Shown: positions 11,511 to 23,730, counted from the stretch's first letter. The stretch is DNA of 64,000 nt from Octopus sinensis (GCF_006345805.1 NC_043000.1:149730001-149794000); one strand, 5' to 3'. Notes: generated by a model from the sequence alone, not told the origin. Translations and numbers: made by a program.

Positions 11511-12066
11511 TTAACCCTTTTGTTACCCTATTTCTGTTGAGATGCTCTGTGTTTCTTTCAATTAATTTCAAATATAACAAAGAATTTAGTAAAAGAACTT
11601 AGTTATCATTAAGCTAGTGTTAGGAACATAAATTGTGGCTAAGGTTTGGTGGAAGATTTTAATTCAGAACTTATGAAAATAAGACATTTGAACTGTATGT
11701 GGCCTGAGCTCAAAGTGGAAGCAGTCATGTTTTTACAACGACCTCAGGTCACATAGAACAGATGTGATGGTGGCTACAGAGACCAAGCTGGGTGACTTAC
11801 GAACCTTCTCGGCACTCCTGAATGGCTATGAGAAAATAATGTCTCCTAGCCAGACCAGAGGTCATGGAGGGGTTGTAGTGTTGCTCCCGTAAAAGTTTAG
11901 CTCTGCAGACTAGAACAATCTTTATTGATCCAGAAGGCGAGTTGGTTGTTCTCGACTTGACATACTGTGGTAAGGACCGTAGGTTGATAGGCATCGTTGT
12001 GCCTTTGGTCTATTTGAAAATAAGAGTCAGAGCCGGTTTCAGCCGGGTTGGTAACAAAAGGGTTAA
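11511..12066. mobile_element. piggyBac-type MITE carrying a 317-bp LINE insert
   Basis: TTAA both ends; perfect 13-bp TIR CCCTTTTGTTACC/GGTAACAAAAGGG. Confidence 0.85.
11695..12011 (+). mobile_element. Tx1-like LINE APE endonuclease fragment
   Basis: VCGL.SKWKQ...DVMVATETK...GGVVVLL; about 96% identical by eye to the reverse complement of 16602-16918. Confidence 0.8.
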
Positions 12067-12289
12067 TGAGTTTTGTTTCTTGTTTATTTAGTGAAAAAGC
12101 ACTAAAACAATTCCAATCAATATAGATGAAATCTAGAATCTAGATGAAACCCAAATATGCACTTGATTTGTTTTCAATAAAAAGAAATTTTGTAACAATG
12201 CTATAGAATAAAATATATTTTCTCATTACTAAATCATAGAAAGTATTAAATTAACAAAATTTCTCCTTACAAATTTCTGTAATTACTGT

Positions 12290-12491
12290 TACTCTTTACT
12301 CTTTTACTTGTTTCAGTCATTTGACTGCAGCCATGCTGGAGCACCGCCTTTAGTCGAGCAAATCGACCCCGGGACTTATTCCTTGTAAGCCCAGTACTTA
12401 TTCTATCGGTCTCTTTTGCCAAACCGCAAAGTGACGGGGACGTAAACACACCAGCATCGGTTGTCAAGCAATGCTAGGTAGACAAACACAA

Positions 12492-12534
<43 letters not shown>

Positions 12535-12709
12535 CACATATATACGACAGGCTTATTTCAGTTTCTGTCTACCAAATCCACTCACAAGGCATTGGTCGGC
12601 CCGAGGCTATAGCAGAAAACACTTGCCCAAGATGCCACGCAGTGGGACTGAACCCAGAACCATGTGGTTGGTTAGCAAGCTACTTACCACACAGCCATTC
12701 CTGCGCCTA
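12290..12709 (-). mobile_element. SINE family A
   Basis: Full match. Confidence 0.9.
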
Positions 12710-12772
12710 TTTTTACAACCAAATTGCAACTATTTTTACAACCAAATTGCAACTATTTTTACAACCAAATTT
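12707..12772. repeat. 23-bp tandem repeat, ~3 units (CTATTTTTACAACCAAATTGCAA)
   Basis: Direct reading. Confidence 0.85.
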
Positions 12773-13699
12773 GAACAGCCTATTCTTGTTGTTGTTAAAG
12801 TAGAACAGTCAATGATGTCTGCCTCAAAGTTTACGCATCTAGAATCAGAATGCATGTCTTTTTTTGTCTTATTTTTTTGATTTGTTTTTCCATCTAAATT
12901 TTATACATTCTTCTTCTTAAAGAAAATGAAAGGAAAGTGGATTGAAAGAAATTCAATATCTAATCTTAACTCTGCAATAAAATTGAAAAATCACTTTAGT
13001 CTTGACTCTAACGCATTACATTTGGTGCCTAGAATTTTATTGATATAGAGTATTTTATTGAGAATCTTTCTCCGTTACATTTTCACTTCCGGTAATTTGT
13101 GCAGAGATTCTACCCAACCGAGATTCCTATTGATTTACCGTTAGTCTCTTTTGTTGTCTATAGAAAAGTAAATCAAATGTATTGTATATCGCTAAAGAAA
13201 ATGAATAATGGAATTGATTCCATTTGTGCTGGAAGATTCTAAATAGAAGTGTTTCTGGTTAATTAAGATATAAGCAAAACTTGAATATATATATATATAT
13301 ATATATATACTCGTCAATGACTTAGATAACCTCCCACTGTCATTTTCTAAAACATGATAGGATAAGTGAACAACAAAGCAAAGCTGTATTTCATCACAAA
13401 GGAAAGAATTATTTTCAGTTAGAGAATGAATAGGAAACTTTATCAGAGGGATTTTGTGCATTCTACTCTCTCCTAAGCTACTTAGTTTAATAGTAAACCA
13501 GTTCTTTTCAAATTTACACTATTTATAAATAAATCCTATAATCTAGGTTACTATACTTCCAAAGAAACAATTGTATTAATTAATTGCATGTTTATCATCT
13601 CTGCTAACATACTGATTATCTAAATTTAAGTAAAACTGTGGAAAATTTAAAGAAATATATTTTAATTACAATATATTTATTTCAATTATACATAATGAT

Positions 13700-13928
13700 A
13701 ATGATATGGTGATGAGAGAGAGAGAGAGGAGTGGTGGTGGTGTGGTGGTGGTGGTGGTGGTGGTGGTGGTGGTGGTGATGGTGGTGATGGTGGTGGTGGT
13801 GGTGGTGATGATGGTGGTGGTGATGATGGTGGTGGTGGTGATGGTGATGATGGTGGTGGTGGTGATGATGGTGGTGGTGGTGATGGTGATGATGATGATG
13901 ATGGTGATGGTGGTGGTGGTGGTGATAG

Positions 13929-13959
<31 letters not shown>

Positions 13960-14120
13960 GGTGATGGTGGTGGTGGTGGTGGTGGTGGTGGTGGTGGTGG
14001 TGATGATGATGGTGATGGTGGTGGTTGTGGTGGTGATGATGGTGGTGGTGGTGGTGGTGATGGTGATGATGATGATGGTGATGGTGATGATGATGATGGT
14101 GGAGGTGGTGGTGGTGGAAG
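13700..14120. repeat. Long compound (GGT/GAT)n trinucleotide repeat
   Basis: ~400 bp; explains the poly-His/Thr/Val ORFs. Confidence 0.97.
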
Positions 14121-14239
14121 AAGAGGAAAACAAGGAAGGAGTGGAAGAGAATGAGGAAGAGGGTGTATTTATTGTAAGAGCATGATGATAGAAAACAAAT
14201 GCTGTGTGTGTTTTTTTCAAATGACATTTAACTGAGAGT

Positions 14240-14790
14240 AATAGTAACAATAATAATAATAATCAATTTTATTTTTTTATTGGCCACAAGGGCTGACACG
14301 CATGATTACATAAAGGGACAAGACAGGACGAAAGGTTACAAAGGGTTTTGCCGTTTTTTTTTTTAAAAACATCGAGTAAAAATCTTTATAACAACTTATA
14401 AAATTCAACAATGAAAAACTCCCAAAAGGGGGAGACGTTTCGAAAGGTTCCTGGTGGAAAAAACCCTACAAAAGCCAACGGGAGCCTGGTCAAAAAAAAA
14501 AGGGGGTGTAGAGAGTCCCCTTTCTTCTCCTTTTACATTACCTTTTTTTTTTTCTTTGAAATCACAGGCGAAACCTGAGAACTGGTCCATTTATACAGGC
14601 CAGTCTCGCACAATTCACCCACCTTTCATAAAACTTGGTATCGGACAGCACTTTCCTCTCTAACCTCATCTTCCTTTTTCAAGTGAAACTTGAAAAAGTT
14701 GATGAGGCCTTGACCAAAGAGGAAAGTGTCTGTCTTTAGCCCTTTTAAACGAGTCCACCACACGACCTCTTTTGCTAATGTCACCACTGT
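14240..14790 (-). mobile_element. Tx1-like LINE 3' end (ORF2 C-terminus, 3' UTR, (ATT)n tail)
   Basis: KEVVWWTRLKG...GLINFFKFHLK..KMRLERKVL...ERWVNCARL*. Confidence 0.7.
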
Positions 14791-15185
14791 TGATATCATA
14801 TCTAATTTTGTACAAATTACTATTGACTCATGATACTAATAATAATAATAATAACAAGAGCACTTAGAGAGCGCAAACCTCTGCCAATGCAATACTGTCC
14901 TCTCAAAGATTAACTGGAGATGATTTTTAAAATGAGAATATCTGAAATAAAATCCTTCAATGAATATCATGAAACCTTTTGGTTTTCTCTTCTCTTAAAT
15001 TCTGGTCTTCCTGTAGCAATCCTGTTGTTTTAGATTGATGTATAGAATTATGTATATGTAAGTATACTGTAAAGTGTTAAAATGTAATAATAAGTGTTGT
15101 TTTTTTATATATTTGTGTGGTGTGTGTATATATATATATATATATATACACATGTATGTGTGTGTGTGTATTTGTATATATATTT

Positions 15186-15217
<32 letters not shown>

Positions 15218-15218
15218 G

Positions 15219-15273
<55 letters not shown>

Positions 15274-15276
<3 letters not shown>

Positions 15277-15554
15277 GCCGTCTGCCAGCCTCGTCTGGCA
15301 CCTGTGTCAGTGGCACATAAAAAACACCATCCGAGCGTGGCCGTTCGCCAGCCTCATCTGGCACCTGTGTCTGTGGCACATAAATCACCCACTACACTCT
15401 CGGAGTGGTTGGCGTTAGGAAGGGCATCCAGCTGTAGAAACACTGCCAGATCTGACTGGCCTGGTGCAGCCTTCGGGCTCCCCAGACCCCAGTTGAACCG
15501 TCCAACCCATGCTAGCATGGAAAGCGGACGTTAAATGATGATGATGATGATGAT
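15274..15554 (+). mobile_element. RTE LINE 3' UTR fragment
   Basis: Three GGCACATAAA units, core, (GAT)n tail. Confidence 0.88.
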
Positions 15555-15638
15555 ATATGTATATATATATATGTGTGTGTGTGTGTGTATATATATATGT
15601 ATATATATATGTGTGTGTGTGTGTATATATATATATGT

Positions 15639-15962
15639 GAAGGCGCGTGGATTAGTGGTTAGGGCATTCAACTCACGATTGTAAGGTCGTGAGTTCGATT
15701 CCCGGTGACGCGTTGTGTCTTTGAGCAAGACACTTTATTTCACATAGCTCCAGTCCACTCAGCTGGGAAAAATGAGTAGTACCTGTATTTCAAAGGACCG
15801 GCCTTGTCACACTCTGTGTCACGCTGAATCTCCTTGAGAACTACGTTAGGGGTACGCGTGTCTGTGGAGTGCTCAATCATTTGCGCGTTAATTTCACGAG
15901 CAGGCTGTTCCGTTGATCGTATCAACTGGGACCCTCGTCGTCGTAACCGACAGAGTGTTCCT
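15639..15962 (+). mobile_element. SINE family D (tRNA head, CORE-like TTGAGCAAGACACTT)
   Basis: A-box TAGTGGTTAGG, B-box GAGTTCGATTCC; body shared with 17021-17407. Confidence 0.8.
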
Positions 15963-16210
15963 AAATATATATATATACACATACATATATATATATATAT
16001 AGATATATATATATATATATATAATATATATATATATATATGAAATAGAGCCGGAGTGAGAGGTGAAGGTAGAGGAGATAAATGGCAAAGATAGCATCGT
16101 ATGAATGAGAAAGGAAGGAGCGATAGATGAATAATGAAGGAAAGAATGAAAAAGCTGATAAACGGCGTTTGAAGTGTGAGTATATGAGTATGTAAAAGAG
16201 AGGTATGTTT

Positions 16211-16267
<57 letters not shown>

Positions 16268-17020
16268 GTACAATGGAAATGGGATGGTAATGTTCAACGC
16301 TGAAAATGTGTGAGTATATGTGTGCATGTGTGTGCATGTACAAGAGAACTGTGTGAAACATTACATATACATGTAAGGTAAGGAAAATATTTAAAAAATA
16401 ATCTGGAATCCTTGTCTGGTACTGGATTGATCCCAAAATCTAATCAGTTCATGCCAGTCATGAGGCCTAACATCCCTGAAAGTTTCATCCAAATCCATCC
16501 AGCAGTTCTTCAGATATCTTGTCTGCGGACTAACAAACAAAACAAGTACAACTGAAAACAATACCTTCGCTAAGGTAGAGGTAATGATAATATGTGCTCT
16601 GAGACCAAAGGCACAAAGGTGCCTATCAACCTACGGTCCTTACCACAGTATGTCAAGTCGAGAATATCCAACTCGCCTTCTGGATCAATAAAGATTGTTC
16701 TAGTCTGCAGAGCTAAACTTTTACGGGAGCAACACTACAACCCCTCCACAACCTCTGGTCTGGCTAGAAGACATTATTTTCTCATAGCCATTCAGGAGTG
16801 CCGAGAAGGTTCGTAAGTCATCCAACTTGGTCTCTGTAGCCACCATCACATCCGTTCTATGTGACCTGGGGTCGTTGTAAAAACATGACTGCTTCCACTT
16901 TGAGCCCAGGCCACATACATTCAGGCAGCCGACATTCAGACCAGCCATCCAAAGGAAAAAAAGAAACTTACTTATTTTTGCTGGTTACTAAGGTATTACC
17001 CTCAGTGTCACTACTTGTTT

Positions 17021-17407
17021 AGTGGAGGCGCAATGGCCCAGTGGTTAGGGCAGCGGACTCGCAGTCATGGGATCGCGGTTTCGATTCCCAGACCGGGCGT
17101 TGTGAGTGTTTATTGAACGAAAACACCTAAAAGCTCCACGAGGCTCTGGCAGGGGGTGGTGGTGATCCCTGCTGTACTCTTTCACCACAACTTTCTCTCA
17201 CTCTTTCTTCCTGTTTCTGTTGTACCTGTATTTCAAAGGGCCGGCCTTGTCACTCTCTGTGTCACGCTGAATATCCCCGAGAACTACGTTAAGGGTGCAC
17301 GTGTCTGTGGAGTGCTCAGCCACTTACACATTAATTTCATGAGCAGGCTGTTCCGTTGATTCGGATCAACTGGAACCCTCATTGTCGTAACCGACGGAGT
17401 GCTTCCA
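17021..17407 (+). mobile_element. SINE family D, 13-bp TSD
   Basis: TSD TCACTACTTGTTT at 17008-17020 and 17408-17420. Confidence 0.9.
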
Positions 17408-17536
17408 TCACTACTTGTTTCCTTTCCATACCCCTCTTTGTTTTTTCTTCGGTCTTGGATTGTGGGTCTATGAGCTTCGGTAGCTCTCTTAATTTGGAGA
17501 TTTCCCCTCCTTTTCTCTCTTTCAATTGTTTATATA

Positions 17537-17921
17537 TGGAAGCACTCCGTCGGTTACGACAATGAGGGTTCCAGTTGATCCGAATCAACGGAACAGCCTG
17601 CTTGTGAAATTAACGTGTAAGTGGCTGAGAACTCCACAGACACGTGTACACTTAACGTAGTTCTCGGGGATATTCAGCGTGACACAATGAGTGACAAGGC
17701 CGGCCCCTTGAAATACAGGTACAACAGAAACAGGAAGTAAGAGTGAGAGAAAGTTGTGGTGAAAGAGTACAGCAGGGATCACCACCATCCCCTGCCTGAG
17801 CCTCATGGAGCTTTGGGTGTTTTCGCTCAATAAACACTCACAACGCCCGGTCTGGGAATCGAAACCGTGATCCTACAACCGCGAGTCCGCTGCCCTAACC
17901 ACTGGGCCATTGCACCTCCAC
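17537..17921 (-). mobile_element. SINE family D, 14-bp TSD (1 mismatch)
   Basis: CAATTGYTTATATA at 17523-17536 and 17922-17935. Confidence 0.9.
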
Positions 17922-18844
17922 CAATTGCTTATATAATGTAAGATCCATACAGGTATATCCACTTACACCATATACCTTGGTCAGGTGGTGTTTTATGATG
18001 CCATCTAGGTACACGTCCTTTTTGTTATATTTGACCAGTGTGGTCGTATCTGTTGGGGCCTTATGGGTAAAGGGGTGGGATATTGATATTTTTTAGAGTG
18101 ATGTTCGTTTATTGTGGGTGTGTGCGGCTGGGAGGGCGTGGGTGACACACACAGTCTTTTTTTAGGTTTCCTTTTCACCTCTTCAAATTCCTCCTCTGTT
18201 ATGGCAGCCTCCATGTCATCTGCTGGGGGGGGGGTCTTCGCTTTTTCTTCCTTTTTTTCTTCCCACTTCTTGTTTTTTCAGCTTTTTCTGTAGTCGAGAG
18301 GGGTGGGCTCATCATCATCCTATGTTTTAGAGGTGCTGCACTTTGGTCTGATGTGGCCCTTTTTTGCCACACTTGTAGTAGCATGGCTTCCTCCCATCAA
18401 CCTGTATTTTTAAAATAGTTTCATCCCCAATTACCATCCGATTGGGGATTTCTTCAAGGTCCACCGGTGTGGCCTGAATCAAAATTTCTATGTTCTGCCC
18501 CAACCAAATTTGGTGGGGACCAGAATGTATAATTTTCAAGATGTTAATTTTATCTTCCCTGCTACAGCAGAGCCCTGCAGTTAGCCAATCTATGTCTACC
18601 TCTTCTATTTTGATCCGGGATGTTCTATGTCCCAGATACAAGGGTAGCAATGCCACTTCTGTAGTTTTCAGTGTTGTGACTGAATGTTGTCTTGCCATTT
18701 CTGCGTTCTTAAAGCGAACCTCTATGGAGGCAAACCTCTATGGTGATGGTAATGATGATGATGATGATGATTTTATCATGATCAATTATATGGCCATTTT
18801 AAAAAGATTAATACTAAGCATCATATATTTGTAGAAATACTTAC

Positions 18845-19006
18845 TTCCTGATTCTCTTTTCTGCTTTTGATTAATTGCCTCAGTGCCTGGTTACTGCTGT
18901 TTTGTTCAGAAATACTGGCTTCACCGACATTGCTCTCACCGTCAGGATTATTTTTGCTTGTTGCTTTATTTTGATATTGTTTCAGCTGTTGCTTCAACTC
19001 AGAAAC
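18845..19006 (-). CDS. CCDC13: CCDC13 coding exon (VSELKQQLKQ...RKENQE), phase 0-0
   Basis: GTTGTTAAG|GTT ... GAA|GTAAGT; 162 nt open. Confidence 0.85.
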
Positions 19007-19076
19007 CTTAACAACAGAAAAGGCAATAAACATGAAAAAAAAAAAACAATCAGTTTAGTTATTTTGATAAAAAACT

Positions 19077-19488
19077 TTACTTACTTTTACTTACTTTTAC
19101 TTGTTTCAGTCATTTGACTGCGGCCATGCTGGAGCACCGCCTTTAATCGAGCAACTCGACCCCAGGACTTATTCTTTTGTAAGCCCAGTACTTTTTCTAT
19201 CGGTCTCTTTTGCCGAACCGCTAGGTAACGGGGACATAGACACACCAGCATCGGTTGTCAAGCAATGCTGGGGGGACAAACACAGACACACAAACACACA
19301 CATGCATATAAATATACATATATACAACGGGCTTCTTTCAGTTTCTGTCTACCAAATCCACTCACAAGGCTTTGGTCGGCCCGAGGCTATAGTAGAAGAC
19401 ACTTGCCCAAGGTGCCACACAGTGGGACTGAACCCAAAACCATGTGGTTGGTAAACAAGCTACTTACCACACAGCCACTCCTGCGCCT
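19077..19488 (-). mobile_element. SINE family A
   Basis: Full match. Confidence 0.9.
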
Positions 19489-19883
19489 TGTTAAAGTTTT
19501 GCTCTGCTCTACACAAAAAATATCCTGAGACCACTCACTCACGCTGTACATATAAAGTCCTCTTCTCATGTCCTCTCATCCTGACATGTCAAGTAGTCTT
19601 CCTCCCATTTTCATTTTCCCCCATCTACAATATTATGTGGCTGCTGCCGCTGCTGCCACTGTAGTTGTTGTTGCTAAGCAACAACCGGGTAAGGGTGATT
19701 AGGTGATGGTCTAGGGCTTAGGGGGCGGGAGACCCCAGACCTTGGGGAAAAAAAACAAACTTTGATCATCTTGTTGTAGTCGAGGGCTCTTCGTTGACGC
19801 CCGACGCCACTGGGAGGTGGCCCTCGAAGTCGCTGGAAATGGAGATCTCCAGGTCCAAATTCTTGAACAGGTGCTGCAGGCGC

Positions 19884-19887
19884 TGTG

Positions 19888-19920
<33 letters not shown>

Positions 19921-20121
19921 ATTTGTGTGTTTGTGTGTGTTTTATGTGTGTGTGTATTTGTGTGTCTGTGTGTGTTTTATGTGTGTGTGTATTTGTGTGT
20001 GTGTGTGCGTGTGTGTGTATTTGTGTGTGTGTGTGTGTGCATGTGTGTGTTTGTGTGTGTATTTGTGAATTTGTGTGTGTATTTGTGTGTGTGTGTGTGT
20101 GTGTATTTGTGTGTGTGTGTA

Positions 20122-20167
<46 letters not shown>
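19884..20167. repeat. Interrupted (TG)n microsatellite
   Basis: Direct reading. Confidence 0.97.
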
Positions 20168-20169
<2 letters not shown>

Positions 20170-20316
20170 ATTCTATATATGTATATTACTCACACTTGGT
20201 TTTACCAGCTGAGTACAATCTGCTTTGTTGATGGAATTTTAATAAGACAAACAGATCAGATATTTCTCTCAGTTGGTTTTAATGACCAGATCCACTCCAG
20301 TTTGCAATGACTGTAT

Positions 20317-20725
20317 TACTCTCTTTACTCTTTTACTTGTTTCAGTCATTTGACTGCGGCCCTGCTGGAGCACCGCCTTTAGTCGAGAAACTCGACCCCG
20401 GGACTTATTCTTTTGTAAGCCCAGTACTTATTCTATCGGCCTCTTTTGCTGAACCGCTAAGTGACGGGGACGTAAACACACCAGCATCGGTTGTCAAGCA
20501 ATGCTAGAGGGACAAACACAGACACACAAACACACACACACATATATATATACATATATACGACAGGCTTCTTTCAGTTTCCGTCTACCAAATCCACTCA
20601 CAAGGCATTGGTCGGCCCGGGGCTATAGCAGAAGACACTTGCCCAAGATGCCACACAGTGGGACTGAACCCAGGTCCATGTGGTTAGTTAGCAAGCTACT
20701 TACCACACAGCCACTCCTGCGCCTA
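20317..20725 (-). mobile_element. SINE family A
   Basis: Full match. Confidence 0.9.
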
Positions 20726-20849
20726 TGATAATTTCTTCTTCATTTCAGCTGGCAAAGTTTTCAACCCACAATATTATGCACGTGTGATTGTATGGGAAGA
20801 CTTTTGCAAACTGTAACTCTGGACTGATTGAAACTTTGTTAGTGGATTT

Positions 20850-21207
20850 GTGTGTGTGTGTGTGTGTGTGTGTGTGAGTGTGCATCTGTGTGTGTGTGTA
20901 TCTGTATGTGTGTGTGTGTGTGTGTATCTGTATGTGTGTGTGTATCTGTGTGTGCGTGTGTATCTGTGTGTATCTATATGAGTGTGTGTATCTATGTGTG
21001 TGTGTGTGTGTGCATCTGTATGTGTGTGTGTATCTGTGTGTGTGTGTCTGTGTGTGTGTATCTGTATGTGTGTGTGTATCTGTGTGCGTGTGTGTGTATC
21101 TGTGTGTGTGTTTATCTGTGTGTATTTATGTGAGTGTGTGTATCTGTGTGTATCTGTGTGTATCTATATGAGTGTGTGTATCTGTGTGTGTGTGTGTGTG
21201 TGTGTGT
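20850..21207. repeat. Compound (TG)n/TATC microsatellite
   Basis: Direct reading. Confidence 0.97.
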
Positions 21208-21441
21208 CCCGCACCTTGACATTACATGATAGCTGCAATTGAGTGTCGGTCATACATGTAGTGTCATTCATTTCCAATGCTATGCAAGAACATGTCTGGC
21301 CATGGGGGGAAAATTGCTTTGTTTGGAAACAGATGAGGATTGGTGACAGAAAGGGCAGCTGGTTGTAGAGAATTTGTCTCAAATAAACTCCGTCTGACAC
21401 ATGCAAACAGGAAATTAGACATTAAATTATAATGATGATGA

Positions 21442-21832
21442 CGCAGGAGTGGCTGTGTGGTAAGTAGCTTGCGGGTTCAGTCCCACTGCGTGGCATCTCG
21501 GGCAAGTGTCTTCTGCTATAGCCCCGGGCCGACCAATGCCTTGTGAGTGGATTTGGTAGACGGAAACTGAAAGAAGCCTGTCGTATATATGTATATATAT
21601 ATATGTATGTGTTTGTGTGTCTGTGTTTGTCCCCCTAGCATTGCTTGACAACTGATGCTGGTGTGTTTACGTCCCCATCACTTAGCGATTCGGCAAAAGA
21701 GGCCGATGGAATAAGTACTGGGCTTACAAAGAATAAGTCCCAGGGTCGATTTGCTCGACTAAATGCAGTGCTCCAGCATGGCCACAGTCAAATGACTGAA
21801 ACAAGTAAAAGAGTAAAAGAGAGTAAAGAGTA
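21442..21832 (+). mobile_element. SINE family A with deletion in the head
   Basis: Lacks the TAACCAACCACATGGTTCC segment. Confidence 0.88.
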
Positions 21833-21999
21833 TGAGAATGATGATGAATATTACAAATGTGAGACCTGGCACATTCCTGTTTATTATGCTAGATATTTCT
21901 CTTGGGTATCTTCTTAAGTTATTCTAAATAAACATTTTGTAATCCCTCTCTCTCTTTTGGAGAGGCACTGAGCAGCTACACGCACACATACACACACGG

Positions 22000-22146
22000 C
22001 AGTAACTTCCGCCTGCCGAATTCAATCACAAAGCTTCGGTCGGCTCGAGGCTATAGTGGAAGACACCTACCCAAAGTGCCACGCAGTGGGACTGAACCCG
22101 AAACCATGTAGCTAAGAAGCAAGCTCCCTAACCACACAGCCATGCT
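22000..22146 (-). mobile_element. SINE family A 5' half, divergent
   Basis: CAGTGGGACTGAACCC...CCACACAGCC. Confidence 0.7.
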
Positions 22147-22226
22147 TATTTTGTATTAAGTTTTCGAATATGAAGCAACTTAATAATAGAAAATAAAAAC
22201 TTAGAGTTATCTGACAAATAACATAT

Positions 22227-22723
22227 TCATCATCATCATCATCATCATCGTTTAACGTCTGCTTTCCATGCTGGCATGGGTTGGACGATTTTGACAGGCT
22301 GGTGAACCAAATGGCTGCACCAGGCTCCAGTCTTGATCTGGCAGAGTTTCTACAGCTGGATGCCCTTCCTAACGCCAACCACTCCAAGAGTGTAGTGGGT
22401 GCTTTTTACGTGCCACTGGCATGGGGCCAGTCAGGCGGTACTGGCAACGACCTTGCTCGAATCTTTTTACACATGCCACCAGCACAGGTGCCAGTAAGGC
22501 GACGTTGGTAACGATCACGCTCGAATGGTGCCTTTTACGCGCCACCGGCACGGAAGCCAGTTAGCCGCTCTGGCAACAATCACGCTCAGATGGTGCTCTT
22601 AGCACCCTACTAGCATGGGGCACAAGTGCCAGTAAGGTGACACTGGTAACGATCACACTCGAATGGTGCCTTTTATGTGCCACTGATACGGAAGCTGGTT
22701 AGCCGCTCTGTCAACGATCACAC
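22227..22723 (-). mobile_element. RTE LINE 3' UTR (long, multi-unit)
   Basis: Tail, core and ~5 array units. Confidence 0.88.
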
Positions 22724-22825
22724 TTGTATTATTTCATAAAAATTGCCACTTGAGTGAAAAAAATGGCTTTTATCTTTTTAAGCTCTGATCATAAGTATTT
22801 GTCATTTTCTGTGATCATGAGACCG

Positions 22826-23730
22826 AGACCTTTTCTGTGATCAGAGACCGAGACCTTTGGAAATATTCTGTACGTGAGAAGACCAGGCAGGACAAGTGAG
22901 CCCAGCCCACTTATGAATGCCTTTCCTCCCTTGGACACAAAGACCGGTTGAGGCAAGCGAAGTCGATATAGAACCTCATCCGACGACAGACACCCATCCC
23001 AACCCCCCATGCTTGCGAAGACATGTTGGGGCAAGCGAAATCGAAATCGAAATCGAAACCGAATTGAACCAGCCAGGATCCCTGGCCTGGTGGTACGTAA
23101 AAAGCACTATCCGACTCGGGGCCGTGGCACATAAAATACTCCAATGCGACCGTACGACAGGCACCCATGCCAACCCCCTTTGCTTGTGAAGACATGTTGG
23201 GGCAAGCGAAATCGAAATCGAATTGAACCAGCCAGGATCCCTGGTCTGGTGGTACGTAAAAAGCACTATCCGACTCGTGGCCGTGGCACGTAAAATACTC
23301 CAATGCGACCGTACGACAGGCACCCTTGCCAACCCCCTTTGCTTGTGAAGACATGTTGGGGCAAGCGAAATCGAAATCGAATTGAACCAGCCAGGATCCC
23401 TGGTCTGGTGGTACGTAAAAAGCACTATCCGACTCGTGGCCGATGCCAGCACCGCCTCGACTGGCTTCCGTGCCGGTGGCACATAAAATACACCAATCTG
23501 ACCGTGGCCGTTGCCAGCCCCGCCTGGCACCTGTGCAGGTGGCACGTAAAAAGCACCCACTACACTCACGGAGTGGTTGGCGTTAGGAAGGGCATCCAGC
23601 TGTAGAAACATTGCCAAATTAGACTGGAGCCTGGTGCAGCCTTCTGGCTTCCCAGAACCCCGGTCGAACCGTCCAACCCATGCTAGCATGGAGAACGGAC
23701 GTTAAACGACGATGATGATGATGATGATGA
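22826..23730 (+). mobile_element. RTE LINE 3' end (last ORF2 codons plus 3' UTR with three ~160-170-bp tandem units)
   Basis: GACCGAGACCTTTGG matches the 32840 region; units start at 23017, 23188 and 23347; (GAT)n tail. Confidence 0.88.

Larger units (their letters stand above)
14852..16585 (+). mobile_element. Probable non-autonomous Helentron/HINE-like element, split by nested insertions
   Basis: 5' AACAAGAGCAC..GCAAACCTCTGCCAA and 3' CCTTCGCTAAGGTAGAGGTAAT termini with sub-terminal complementarity; classification inferred. Confidence 0.35.
16592..18738 (-). mobile_element. Tx1-like LINE: ORF1 (zinc knuckle) and ORF2 APE start, interrupted by two SINEs
   Basis: RFASIEVRF...PLYLG...GRKPCYYKCGKKG; MAGLNVGCLNVCGL...ATETK. 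Confidence 0.75.

Noticed and set aside
13666-14250. Long poly-His/poly-Thr/poly-Val ORFs (159-194 aa)
   Set aside because: Open frames are a by-product of a stop-free GGT/GAT repeat; no splice or homology support.
15639-15720. tRNA-like A/B boxes (also 17021, 17537, 63500 and SINE A heads)
   Set aside because: SINE heads: no acceptor stem or complete cloverleaf, and they continue into repeat bodies with TSDs.
22911-23689. 237-aa and 147-aa ORFs with internal repeats
   Set aside because: Antisense translations of the tandem RTE 3' UTR.
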